Origin: Acidobacteriota bacterium | Lineage (GTDB): Bacteria > Acidobacteriota > UBA6911 | Assembly (NCBI GenBank): GCA_965249005.1 | Contig: CBDFLD010000022.1 | Location: forward strand, 1,040,247 to 1,104,246 | Reading direction: 5' to 3' | DNA length: 64,000 nucleotides | Shown: in pieces, positions 9,093 through 18,635 of the stretch | How positions within the stretch are numbered: the first letter of the stretch is position 1 | How the letters are laid out: every line of letters begins with the position of its first letter | Program-made: the position numbers and the translations under genes | Notes under the pieces: generated by a model | Told to the model about the DNA's origin: nothing | The model's input: the letters and a program-made list of their open reading frames with translations, nothing else | Database searches by the model: none

Positions 9093-11489
9093 TCACTGCC
9101 CGTTTGCGTTGCCTATGCGCAAGTCTGCACGCCACTGTTCGTAGTGTGGCATCAGTTCATTGGCACGCGAGAACGGGAGTATTTTTATGCGGGCAGACAG
9201 TTTGTATATCTTGTCTTTCTTGGCGTCCGCGATGTGCCAGACGAAGCCCCGATGGCCCCCGGGGTTGCCCGGCGACGGTCCCGAGGCAAGGAGATCTATC
9301 GGGGCGCCGGGTTGGAACATGAAAACCAGGATTGCATCTTCAATACGGCTGTAGAAAAGGGGGTGCCGGTATCTGTGCCGCCTCTCGGCCGCGCTGGCTT
9401 GGGAGTGCACAAGGATCTCCTCGTTATCCGGAAGCTCCAGGCCGGTGAAACCAACTGGGCTGAAAAAGGTGAACTGAGGCGAGGCCTTCTCATTGAGATA
9501 CGCTTTGGCGCTCAGGGATAGGTCTCCGTAGCCCTCTTCGAGCGGTGTGATTTCCAGGGTCCAGTCCAGAGAGTCCTCCGCGGCGACGCTGTAATTCATC
9601 GTGATGCCGAGATAGGGTCCCTTGACCGAACCTCTCTGGAACTGCCAGTGCTCGATGCGGGCCTCACGGTCGCTCAGTTTTCTCACACCATACGGCAAAA
9701 CCCTCCAGAGCGGCTCGAATACCATTCCCTTGGTGCTGTCCAGCACATTTCCGGAGAAATGCGGCGAGCTAAGACGCCACACGCCCGGATGGTTGGAGAG
9801 ACCGTCCGACGCCTTGCCATGAGGGACGGAATCGCCCACGCGAGCCGATAGGTTCCCGGCCCCGATATCGACATGGTGTTTGGCCCACATGAACCGATAG
9901 GGGCCGGAGTACATGGATATGTCATTAGGGTTGCTTGCCGACATGCCGTATCCGCCGATATCTTGCGGTAGGGCAACCCCACTCTTGTTCAAGACTGCGT
10001 AAAGCCTGAGCATGGCCAGCGGCAGGCTCTGATTCACACGACTCGACGGAAACTCATTTGGCCAGTCCACGAAGAATTCGCCCGTAAAGAAATGGCTCAG
10101 CGCGTCATCAGCAACACCTCGCGCTGCCTCCAGGTACCACCCGTCACCCTCCGCTTCGTAAAGATCGAGTAATCCTTGAATCAGACAAGCGGCCATGTCG
10201 GATTTCAGAAATTCACTGGCGAGCCCGGACAGGGTCGCCGGCTTGTCCCTTTCAAGCTCGAGGATGTCCAGGCACTTTTCCGCAGTTTCCTTCAGTCGCT
10301 CGTCGCTCGTCAGCTTGTAGCCTCGGGCGTAGGCAAGAAACAGCAGAGGAAGCCCTTTGTTCCCGTGGAATCTCATCGGGTAAGAAAGATAGTCCTTGGT
10401 TGGTACAACACGCACCTGAGAAAACTTGATTCTCTCACCCGTATCGGTGCGGCGCATTTCGTAGAAGGCCCTGCTCTTCTCCTCGTAGCAATACTTGGCG
10501 TAGGCGACCAGATCCTGCAAAGCCCACTGGCGGAATCTGGCGGCTGAATCCCCTGAAAGCGTCTCAGCCAAATACAACTGACCCAGAGCATAGGAATCGC
10601 TTCGTCGGCCATAGTTTATGAGCAAGTTTCGGACGGTTACGCCAAGATGTCCAAGACTGAGCCGATGGGCCTCCCGGTTGAATGCGGGGTCATGAGCGTC
10701 GAGAATCGCAGGTGCAAGTCCGGTCTTCGGGTCTTTGAGCCTGACGAACCGTTCCGCCAGCCCGACGGCCCTATCCCGCCACACGGGGTCATTTGTCTTG
10801 GAGTATAGGAATCCCGCAGCATAGAACAGGTCCGCGGCGGCAAGGGTAAACGCCAACTCCCCCGGCTTTACCTTACCGCGTGGGCCCGGCCGCTCCATGT
10901 GCGCGTGACGGCCAAACATCATCCACGGGTCGTCCAGGTCCACGTGTGCGTTCCAGTAGCTCTCGATGAATCGCTTGGTGGCCTGGGGATTGACCTCGTA
11001 CAGGAACTCGTAATAGGGAAAATCTTGTTTCAGCTCATGACTGTTGTGAGGGGCAAAACGCGGGGCGTCCGTATTCAGATCCCAATACACGTGGTTACCC
11101 CAGTAGATCAGTCCGGACTTTGCATTCACCATGTTCTTCAAGACGTAGTCGGTGGCTTGGTAAGCCGCCCGGCGGTATTTCTGTTCCCCGGTGAGGGAAG
11201 ACAAACCTACCAATCCTCGCAGCAGGTATTGTTGGAAAGCAAAGTTGCAGATCACATCGCCATTTGCAGCAACAACGGGCGTCTTTGTCTCCACAGCAAT
11301 GCCGTCCACGAAGAGCGGCGTCTTCTTCCCGTAGCCGTCGCGGCCGTATTCCAAAATGTTGTCATAGAACGTCACTACAGAATCTCGGTACTCGCTCGGT
11401 GATGCTGCCCACAAAACATCTTGGCAGCAAACCGGGCTACAGAATACAACGAGACTCCAATACAACAGTCTGCGGTTGGCACGTACCAT
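9093..11489 (-). CDS. secreted PL2-like (periplasmic pectate lyase) protein with C-terminal extension
   Basis: YWGNH, HELKQDFPYYE and RFIESYWNAHV match PL2 conserved blocks; AGGAGG RBS before ATG 11489; signal-like N-terminus. Confidence 0.7.
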   Translation of the reverse strand: MVRANRRLLYWSLVVFCSPVCCQDVLWAASPSEYRDSVVTFYDNILEYGRDGYGKKTPLFVDGIAVETKTPVVAANGDVICNFAFQQYLLRGLVGLSSLTGEQKYRRAAYQATDYVLKNMVNAKSGLIYWGNHVYWDLNTDAPRFAPHNSHELKQDFPYYEFLYEVNPQATKRFIESYWNAHVDLDDPWMMFGRHAHMERPGPRGKVKPGELAFTLAAADLFYAAGFLYSKTNDPVWRDRAVGLAERFVRLKDPKTGLAPAILDAHDPAFNREAHRLSLGHLGVTVRNLLINYGRRSDSYALGQLYLAETLSGDSAARFRQWALQDLVAYAKYCYEEKSRAFYEMRRTDTGERIKFSQVRVVPTKDYLSYPMRFHGNKGLPLLFLAYARGYKLTSDERLKETAEKCLDILELERDKPATLSGLASEFLKSDMAACLIQGLLDLYEAEGDGWYLEAARGVADDALSHFFTGEFFVDWPNEFPSSRVNQSLPLAMLRLYAVLNKSGVALPQDIGGYGMSASNPNDISMYSGPYRFMWAKHHVDIGAGNLSARVGDSVPHGKASDGLSNHPGVWRLSSPHFSGNVLDSTKGMVFEPLWRVLPYGVRKLSDREARIEHWQFQRGSVKGPYLGITMNYSVAAEDSLDWTLEITPLEEGYGDLSLSAKAYLNEKASPQFTFFSPVGFTGLELPDNEEILVHSQASAAERRHRYRHPLFYSRIEDAILVFMFQPGAPIDLLASGPSPGNPGGHRGFVWHIADAKKDKIYKLSARIKILPFSRANELMPHYEQWRADLRIGNANGQ

Positions 11490-11602
11490 CCTTGCGTCCT
11501 CCTGTCTTTCCCGGGCCAATAGGAAGTATAAAGCAACCATCCCGACTTTGCGGTCCCTCTAGGAGACGTGAAAGCCGGATTGAATTCTAGCATCTGTGTA
11601 AA

Positions 11603-11980
11603 CTAAAAGCGCGACTCTTCCTCAACAAAGAACATCGTTGCCAGCAGTGCGACAATGCTTATCAGGATCCCTCCCCAGAAGGCGGAGCCGAAGCTATCGA
11701 CGTAAAACGGAATCCCGATGGTACGGCCGAGGGTGCCGACCAGTTGCAGCAGCAGCGCGTTGAGGACCAACATGAACAGGCCCAGAGTGAGCAGAACCAA
11801 CGGGCAGGTCAGAATGGTCAGCAGCGGCTTGAGCAAGGCGTTGAGCAGACCAGAAATCAGTGCCAGGACCAGAAATCCGAGGACCGCTCCCTCGTAACGA
11901 ATTCCGGGAACCAGAGCCGTGGCCACGAGTAACCCCAACCCCCCAACGATCCACCGATAAAAAAAAGAGTGCTTTGCCAT
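11603..11980 (-). CDS. YvlD-like 4-TM membrane protein (phage holin superfamily IV)
   Basis: GLLNALLKPLLTILTCPLVLLTLGLF...VDSFGSAFWG pattern. Confidence 0.88.
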   Translation of the reverse strand: MAKHSFFYRWIVGGLGLLVATALVPGIRYEGAVLGFLVLALISGLLNALLKPLLTILTCPLVLLTLGLFMLVLNALLLQLVGTLGRTIGIPFYVDSFGSAFWGGILISIVALLATMFFVEEESRF

Positions 11981-12041
11981 AGATCCCAATAGTGTAGCAC
12001 GTCTACCTCTCTCTCGGAGGCGCCGCAGAGATCACGTAGGC

Positions 12042-12066
12042 ATAGGCAGCTCACGCCGTGAGCTGC
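12042..12066 (+). repeat. REP-like palindrome
   Basis: ATAGG-CAGCTCACG-C-CGTGAGCTG; same design as 16733-16757. Confidence 0.7.
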
Positions 12067-12170
12067 GTTGCGGAAGTGTAGCCTGCCTTGCCTCACGGCG
12101 GACAGACGGTGTAGGATAAAGGCACGGGAGTACAGGGCTGTTCCCAGTAATCTCTTGTTGGAATCCACAC

Positions 12171-15100
12171 ATGAAAGATGCAGCCATGATTCGAGATCGT
12201 GGACTGAATCCCGCAGTCGCGCTTCGGTCTCATCGGCTTGCCGTTATCGTGCTTGTCCTTTCTTGCTTCCCACGGTTCGATGTCTCGTTACTTGGGGCGC
12301 AGTCAGAGTCCCCACCGGATTTCGAGTCGCACATTCTTCCGTTGTTCCGCAAGAACTGTCTGGCCTGTCACGATTCGGAGACCCGGACCGGGGGTCTATC
12401 GCTGGAGACTCGCGAAGCTGTGCTGGAGGGCGGAGAGTCCGGGCCGGTCGTCGTCATGGGAAAACCGGTCGAGAGCTTGCTCCTGAGTCTGGTTTCGTCG
12501 GGCAAGATGCCGGCTGCCGGATCCAAGCTTTCCGAGGACGAGATTGGCCTCATCCAACGTTGGATCGAAACCGGGGCGGGAAGTGAAGACGTGGCTACCG
12601 TGACCGAGCACGAGATCATGGATACGATCATCGGGCCGAAATGCTTCGTCTGCCACGGACGTCGCGTGCAGCAAGCCGGCCTCGACCTGCGCACGCGGGC
12701 GAATCTTCTGGCGGGGGGAAAGTCCGGACCCGCGATCGTGCCGGGCAAGCCGGACGAGAGTCTGATGGTGCGGCGAATCGTTGCGCAAGAAATGCCACCG
12801 CCAAAGCTGCAAGAGCAGTTTTCCGTGCGAGGGTTGACTTCGGATGAGCTGGCCAAGTTGCGTCGCTGGATCGAAACTGGAGCCCCGGCAAACAATGAGG
12901 CTCCCGCGTCCGAAGTGATTCCAGAGACTGATCCGATCGTGACGGCTGCGGACCGCGAGCACTGGTCGTTCCAACCCCCCCGCCGCCCGGTTGTGCCCAG
13001 AGTCGACAACGACGAGCAGTCCGAAAACGCGATCGATGCGTTCTTGCTCGAGAAACTCGAGCAGAAGGGGCTGCGCTTCTCCGTGGAAGCGGAGCGGTCG
13101 ACCCTGATGCGGCGGCTTTACTTCGATCTCGTCGGGTTGCCGCCGTCGCCGGAGGAGATCGACGGCTATCTCTCGGATGATCGGCCCCGGGCATACGAGC
13201 GGCTGGTTGATCGGTTGCTCGAATCGCGGCATCACGGAGAACGCTGGGCGCGTTACTGGCTCGATGCCGCGGGGTATTCGGACTCCGAAGGCGGGGTCTC
13301 CGCCGACAATACGCGGCCCTACACCTACCAGTATCGCGACTATGTGATTCGCTCCCTGAACGCGGACAAGCCGTACGATCGGTTTCTGGTAGAGCAGATC
13401 GCGGGGGACGAGCTTTCGGACTACAGGGCAGCCGAGGAATTCACCACCGAGCAAATCGACCAGCTGGTGGCGACCGGATTCCTTCGTCTGGGACCGGACT
13501 CGACCTATAGTACCGAGCAAAACTTGGTGCCAGAGCGCTTCGATGTGGTGGCCACCGAGATCGAGATTCTCAGTTCGGCCGTCCTGGGTTTGACGATGGG
13601 CTGCGCGCGTTGCCACGACCACAAGTACGATCCATTGCCCCAGCGCGACTATTATCGAATGAGTGCCATTCTGCAAACTGCATTTGACCCGTACGATTGG
13701 CTGTCGCCGAATCTTCGATGCATCGGGGTCGGCGCCAACTGTGACGATGACAACACTCGATACCTCCCGTTCCGGTCCACGGTGGCTCAACGGCGAGTGG
13801 AGGAACACAACGCCCCGATCCAGCAAAAAATCGACGAGCTCAAACAGCTGATGGACGATCTCGCGGCGCCATATCGGGACAACCTCACGGCGCGAAAGCT
13901 CGAGGAGCTACCCGAGGACGTCCGAGAGGACATGCGGGTGGCGCTGGCGACGCCCGCCCAGGAGCGCTCGGAGCTTCAGCGATATCTGGCGAAAAATTTT
14001 GGACCACGGTTGGAGGTGACGCTCAAGGAAATATCCCGGACCTTCGAGGAATTCAGAAAACCGGCGACGGAGCTCGACAAGCAGATTGAAGCCGAAAAGC
14101 AAAGGCTCGAGCCTGAGCCGAGAATTCGTGCCCTCTTTGATATGGGAGGAACGCCGACGTCCAACCGGTTGTTGCGCCGGGGGGAACCCGACAACCCCGG
14201 TCCGCTCGTCAGCCCAGGCGTACCTTCCGTGCTTGCAACCGGACTGTCTCCATACCGGATTGAGAAGCCGCCCTACAGTACGGAAACAAGTGGACGTCGG
14301 CTGGCGCTGGCGCGCTGGCTGACTCAGGCCAACCATCCGCTGACGGCGAGAGTGATGGTCAACCGGATCTGGCAGCATCATTTTGGAACCGCATTGGTCA
14401 GCACGCCGGGAAACTTCGGCCGTCTCGGCACGCCGCCCACGCACCCTCGACTGCTGGACTGGCTGGCAACCGAGTTCGTGCGCGGGGGTTGGAGCATCAA
14501 GGCGATGCACCAGCTCATGGTCACTTCCGCCGCATATCGGCAGAGCTCCAGGGCGACGGCGCAGGCGCAAGCAATGGACCCGGGCAACATTCTGTTCTCC
14601 CGTTTTCCTTTGCGCCGGCTGGACGCCGACGCGCTGCGCGACGCCTTGTTGAAAGTTGCCGGCCGACTCGATACCACGCCCTTTGGCCCGGCGGATGAGT
14701 TGGAGGTGAGCCCCGAAGGAGAAGTCGTCGGCAAGGTTGCGACGAATGGCTACCGCCGAAGCATCTATTTGCTTCAGAGGCGTTCCAAGCCGGTGACCAT
14801 GCTCGAGACGTTCGATGCGCCTTTTCTGATTCCGAACTGTGTCAAACGATCATACTCGACCGTCTCTTCGCAGGCCCTGGTGCTCATGAACGCGGAGCTC
14901 GTCCGGGAGAACGCGCATCATATGGCCGGTCGTATCATCGAGGTGGCCGGAGGAGACCACGAAAAGCAGATCAATCGGCTCTATCGTACGACGTTTGGTC
15001 GCAAGCCGTCGAGGCAAGAGCTTCGAGACGCAGAGGAAACCTTGCGAGCCATGACCAATGAATGGAGAATGCGTCTCGAACAGCAGCGGCCTCCCGAACC

Positions 15101-15185
15101 GGTTCCCATGAAGGCCGTATGGCTCGCACTCGCGTCCCTGTCACACACGTTTCTCAACGCGGCTGAGTTTCTTTATCTTGATTGA
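12171..15185 (+). CDS. planctomycete-type cytochrome c / DUF1549 / DUF1553 protein
   Basis: Signal peptide; three CxxCH motifs (CLACH, CFVCH, CARCHDHKYDP); HWSFQP, GERWARYWLD and TARVMVNRIWQHHFG. Confidence 0.92.
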   Translation: MKDAAMIRDRGLNPAVALRSHRLAVIVLVLSCFPRFDVSLLGAQSESPPDFESHILPLFRKNCLACHDSETRTGGLSLETREAVLEGGESGPVVVMGKPVESLLLSLVSSGKMPAAGSKLSEDEIGLIQRWIETGAGSEDVATVTEHEIMDTIIGPKCFVCHGRRVQQAGLDLRTRANLLAGGKSGPAIVPGKPDESLMVRRIVAQEMPPPKLQEQFSVRGLTSDELAKLRRWIETGAPANNEAPASEVIPETDPIVTAADREHWSFQPPRRPVVPRVDNDEQSENAIDAFLLEKLEQKGLRFSVEAERSTLMRRLYFDLVGLPPSPEEIDGYLSDDRPRAYERLVDRLLESRHHGERWARYWLDAAGYSDSEGGVSADNTRPYTYQYRDYVIRSLNADKPYDRFLVEQIAGDELSDYRAAEEFTTEQIDQLVATGFLRLGPDSTYSTEQNLVPERFDVVATEIEILSSAVLGLTMGCARCHDHKYDPLPQRDYYRMSAILQTAFDPYDWLSPNLRCIGVGANCDDDNTRYLPFRSTVAQRRVEEHNAPIQQKIDELKQLMDDLAAPYRDNLTARKLEELPEDVREDMRVALATPAQERSELQRYLAKNFGPRLEVTLKEISRTFEEFRKPATELDKQIEAEKQRLEPEPRIRALFDMGGTPTSNRLLRRGEPDNPGPLVSPGVPSVLATGLSPYRIEKPPYSTETSGRRLALARWLTQANHPLTARVMVNRIWQHHFGTALVSTPGNFGRLGTPPTHPRLLDWLATEFVRGGWSIKAMHQLMVTSAAYRQSSRATAQAQAMDPGNILFSRFPLRRLDADALRDALLKVAGRLDTTPFGPADELEVSPEGEVVGKVATNGYRRSIYLLQRRSKPVTMLETFDAPFLIPNCVKRSYSTVSSQALVLMNAELVRENAHHMAGRIIEVAGGDHEKQINRLYRTTFGRKPSRQELRDAEETLRAMTNEWRMRLEQQRPPEPVPMKAVWLALASLSHTFLNAAEFLYLD

Positions 15186-15200
15186 GGGAGCGACATTTTC

Positions 15201-16655
15201 ATGAAACGCCACAATCCGGCAGGTGATATCGAGCGAACCCTGAGCCGTAGAAGTTTTTTCTCGAGCGTGTCGCACGGCCTGAAGGGCGCCGCAATCGCAT
15301 CCCTGCTGGGAAACGATTATCCCGCGCTGGCGAGTCCGTCCCGCCGCGTCTACGACCTGGGTGAGCGGGCAGCACATTTCGAGCCCAGGGCGAAATCGGT
15401 CATCCAGTTGTTCATGAATGGCGGGCCGAGCCAGGTTGACCTGTTCGATCCCAAGCCGGCACTCGAGAAATACGCTGGGCAGCCTCCGGGCCGGGATATG
15501 GCCAGCGAGGTGCGCACCGTTCGTGAAGCCGGCGGACTCATGCCTTCGCCCTTCAAGTTCGCCAAGCATGGGGAATCGGGCATCGAGCTCTCGGAGATCC
15601 TGCCGCACCTGGCCCAGCGCGTCGACGACATCGCACTCATTCGCTCGATGTGGTCTCCCCACATGGCCCACGAGGCGTCGCTGTTTTTGATGCACACTGG
15701 AAGGATTTTCCCCGGCCGGCCGACGTTGGGTGCCTGGGTTGTCTACGGTCTCGGTAGCGAGAATCAAAACCTGCCGGCCTTTGTCGTTCTGGACGATCCC
15801 AAGGGATTACCGATCAACCATATTCAGAATTGGCAAGCGGGCTACCTGCCGGCGCTGTACCAGGGGACGCGGGTCCGTTCGGAGGGATCTCCGCTACTCA
15901 ACCTCAAACCGAACGAAGAATGGCCCGAACCGATCGTCGAGCTTTCACGCTCGCTGCTCCGCCGAATGGACCAAAGGCACCTCGACGAGCGTCCCGGGCA
16001 CGACGACCTCGAAGCGCGCATCAGCGGCTATGAGCTGGCGGCCCGAATGCAGTTGGCCGCCTCGGATGCGATGGACCTTTCGAAGGAAGATGCGGCAACC
16101 AGAGCGATGTACGGGCTCAACGACGAGCTCACGGCCTCCTATGGTCGTCGTTGTTTACTTGCGCGCCGGTTGGTCGAACGTGGGGTCCGTATGGTGCAGA
16201 TCTACATCGAGACGCAGATCTGGGACAACCACCGTGAAATCGACAAGGGCCTGCGTTATTGCTGCGGAAAGACGGATCCACCCATCGGGGCGCTGCTCAC
16301 CGACCTGAAGCGCACGGGGCTGCTCGACAGCACGCTCGTGGTCTGGGGCGGCGAGTTCGGCCGTCTACCCATCGCACAGAAACCCGGTGGCGTCGACGTG
16401 GGACGGGATCATGGCCCTTCGGGTTTCAGTGTCTGGATGGCAGGAGGCGGCATCAAGGGTGGAACGGTTTACGGAGCCACCGACGAGATTGGCTACAAAG
16501 CAGTGGAGAATCCGGTCAGCGTTCACGATTTCCACGCCACGATCCTGCACCAGCTCGGTCTGGACCACCGCAAGCTGGTATTTGGCCGCGAAGGCCGCAG
16601 CGAACGCATCACCGACGAATTCCCCGCCCGCGTCATCAAAGAAATCCTTGCCTAA
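15201..16655 (+). CDS. DUF1501-domain protein
   Basis: SRRSFF; GGPSQVDLFDPKP, WDNH, GGEFGRLP, GRDH. Confidence 0.92.
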   Translation: MKRHNPAGDIERTLSRRSFFSSVSHGLKGAAIASLLGNDYPALASPSRRVYDLGERAAHFEPRAKSVIQLFMNGGPSQVDLFDPKPALEKYAGQPPGRDMASEVRTVREAGGLMPSPFKFAKHGESGIELSEILPHLAQRVDDIALIRSMWSPHMAHEASLFLMHTGRIFPGRPTLGAWVVYGLGSENQNLPAFVVLDDPKGLPINHIQNWQAGYLPALYQGTRVRSEGSPLLNLKPNEEWPEPIVELSRSLLRRMDQRHLDERPGHDDLEARISGYELAARMQLAASDAMDLSKEDAATRAMYGLNDELTASYGRRCLLARRLVERGVRMVQIYIETQIWDNHREIDKGLRYCCGKTDPPIGALLTDLKRTGLLDSTLVVWGGEFGRLPIAQKPGGVDVGRDHGPSGFSVWMAGGGIKGGTVYGATDEIGYKAVENPVSVHDFHATILHQLGLDHRKLVFGREGRSERITDEFPARVIKEILA

Positions 16656-16676
16656 ATTAGTATCGCTCAAACTGGG

Positions 16677-18443
16677 TCATGTGCGGTTAAGTAGGCATCT
16701 CGCGCCGCGAGATGTAGCAGGAAGCGTGCGGAGCCGCTCACGGCGTGAGCGGCCTATCGGCTGACTGGCCTCTGCGGAGCGTAACAACTGTCCGTGACAG
16801 CCGCCCGTCATCTCGCCGTTTTCCAGCGCCAACTCGCCGTTGAGGAGGACGTGAACGATTCCTTCCGAAAAGAGCCCAGGCTCGCTCCAGGTGGAACGAT
16901 CGATGACCGTGTCCGGATCGAAGACGGTCACGTCGGCCCTGTATCCCTCTCGAATGAAGCCGCGATCCGCCAGCCGGTAGTACGCGGCGGGCAGGGAAGT
17001 CATCTTTCTCACTGCGTCTTCCAGTGTCAGAATCTTCCACTCGCGAACGTAGCGTCCCAACACCCGGGGAAAGGTCCCTCTGGAACGCGGGTGGCCTTGC
17101 CCATGGTCCAGACCGGTGATGCTTCCGTCGCTGGCGATCATGGTCCAAGAGCGCCGCATGATATGGCGCACGTCTTCCTCGGAGCAGGCTGCCAGAGTGA
17201 TTTTGGTCATGGCACCCCCCGCCGCGACCAGATCGACCAGAAGCTGAAAAGGGCTGACTTCGCGTTCGTCCGCGATATCGACGATCATCTTTCCCATCAG
17301 CTCGGGATGTTTCTCACTGGCCACGATGCGGAACGAGTCGTACTTCCCGCCGGCGGCCACGACCCAGCTGAATACTCCCGGTAGCCCCTTTTCGGTGGCG
17401 TGTTGAATCGCCTCCCGCCGTTTTGGATCACCCAGCGCGTCCAACAGCGCCTGTGTTCCCTCTTCGATCAACGTCCTTCTCTGCTCGGGGCTCAATCGGG
17501 CATTGCGGAGCCTCCGGTCGATCTTGTCCAGTCCCAGGGAGGGTGGCGTGGCGAAGACCTCGATCAGCTGGGCGGTCGCGGCGCCGTCGTAAGGATACTG
17601 ATCAATCGTGATGTCGACACCGCTGTCGATTCTCGCCTGGAAATAATTACACAGGGCTTCGGCTTGACCCCAGTTTCGCTTGCCGACCGCCTTGAAGTGG
17701 GCGGGGTGGGGCCTCGCGCCGGACCGTTCCCCGATTTCAATGCACTCCTGGTAGGACCCCTTGAAATCTGAAGCTGCCTGCCGCACGTGGGAATCGTAGA
17801 TCCCGTCGTACTCCGCCGCGACCTTCGCCAGCTCGATCACCTCTTCGGTCGAGGCGTAGCGGCCGGGCAGGTACATCAAACCAGTCGAGAAGCCGAGGGC
17901 ACCCATTGCCATGGCCTCCCGCACCAGAGACTGCATCGTCTCCAGCTCTTGCGCCGTGGGAGCTCGGTCTTCCATTCGCATGACCTGGCGCCGGATGGCG
18001 TTGTGGCCAGCCAGGAATGCGTAGTGCGTACCGACTCCCTGTTTCTCGAAGGTCTCGATGATACTCTGGATCGATTGAGGCGATAGAATCCCATCCGCGC
18101 CAAAGACACAGGTCGTTACACCCTGGGTGATGAATCCCTCGTTTTCTTTGAGTTCCGGGTCTACCAGGCCCCGCTCTGCATGATTGTGAACGTCGATGAA
18201 CCCCGGCGCTACAACCATTCCAGTCGCGTCGATGCGCTTTGGGGCCTCTGCGTTTGATAGCTTGCCGATGCTTGCAATCTTGCCGTCCACGATGCCGACA
18301 TCGCCAAGATGACCGGGATTTCCTGAGCCATCCACCACGGTGCCATTGACAATCAAAACGTCGAAGGACTCCGTAGTTGCACAGCCGCTGAGGGCCACGC
18401 TGCAAAAGCAAAGAATGTAGATTGCCGACCAGTTCCGAAACAT
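16677..18443 (-). CDS. N-acyl-D-amino-acid deacylase family amidohydrolase (lipoprotein)
   Basis: Lipobox LSGC; VAPGFIDVHNH, GFSTGLMY, SDG and HPRSRGTFPRVLG. Confidence 0.9.
   Translation of the reverse strand: MFRNWSAIYILCFCSVALSGCATTESFDVLIVNGTVVDGSGNPGHLGDVGIVDGKIASIGKLSNAEAPKRIDATGMVVAPGFIDVHNHAERGLVDPELKENEGFITQGVTTCVFGADGILSPQSIQSIIETFEKQGVGTHYAFLAGHNAIRRQVMRMEDRAPTAQELETMQSLVREAMAMGALGFSTGLMYLPGRYASTEEVIELAKVAAEYDGIYDSHVRQAASDFKGSYQECIEIGERSGARPHPAHFKAVGKRNWGQAEALCNYFQARIDSGVDITIDQYPYDGAATAQLIEVFATPPSLGLDKIDRRLRNARLSPEQRRTLIEEGTQALLDALGDPKRREAIQHATEKGLPGVFSWVVAAGGKYDSFRIVASEKHPELMGKMIVDIADEREVSPFQLLVDLVAAGGAMTKITLAACSEEDVRHIMRRSWTMIASDGSITGLDHGQGHPRSRGTFPRVLGRYVREWKILTLEDAVRKMTSLPAAYYRLADRGFIREGYRADVTVFDPDTVIDRSTWSEPGLFSEGIVHVLLNGELALENGEMTGGCHGQLLRSAEASQPIGRSRRERLRTLPATSRGARCLLNRT
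16691..16757. repeat. pair of GTAG-type REP palindromes
   Basis: GTAGG-CATCTCGCG-C-CGCGAGATG on + and ATAGG-CCGCTCACG-C-CGTGAGCGG on -. Confidence 0.8.
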
Positions 18444-18540
18444 TTCCAGAGGTGACTCGAATGTGGTTCTGAAGGTCAAATGATTATACGAGATGCGTCC
18501 CGAATGGCAAAGAAGGTGGGCGTCTGGACATTTGTCAGAA

Positions 18541-18590
18541 GCCGCTCACGGCGCGAGCGGCCTACGTAGGCATCTCGCGTGGCGAGATGC
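18541..18590. repeat. pair of GTAG-type REP palindromes
   Basis: The same two units as 16691-16757, here back to back around CTAC/GTAG. Confidence 0.8.
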
Positions 18591-18635
18591 GACCTATGTT
18601 TGACTTGAACTGCACCCGGAGTGTACGGTCTACAC

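Noticed and set aside
11603-11980. Holin as evidence of a prophage
   Set aside because: YvlD-like proteins are common chromosomal membrane proteins; no lysin or phage genes are adjacent.
12396-13826. 476 aa minus-strand ORF
   Set aside because: Shadow of the cytochrome c/DUF1549 gene.
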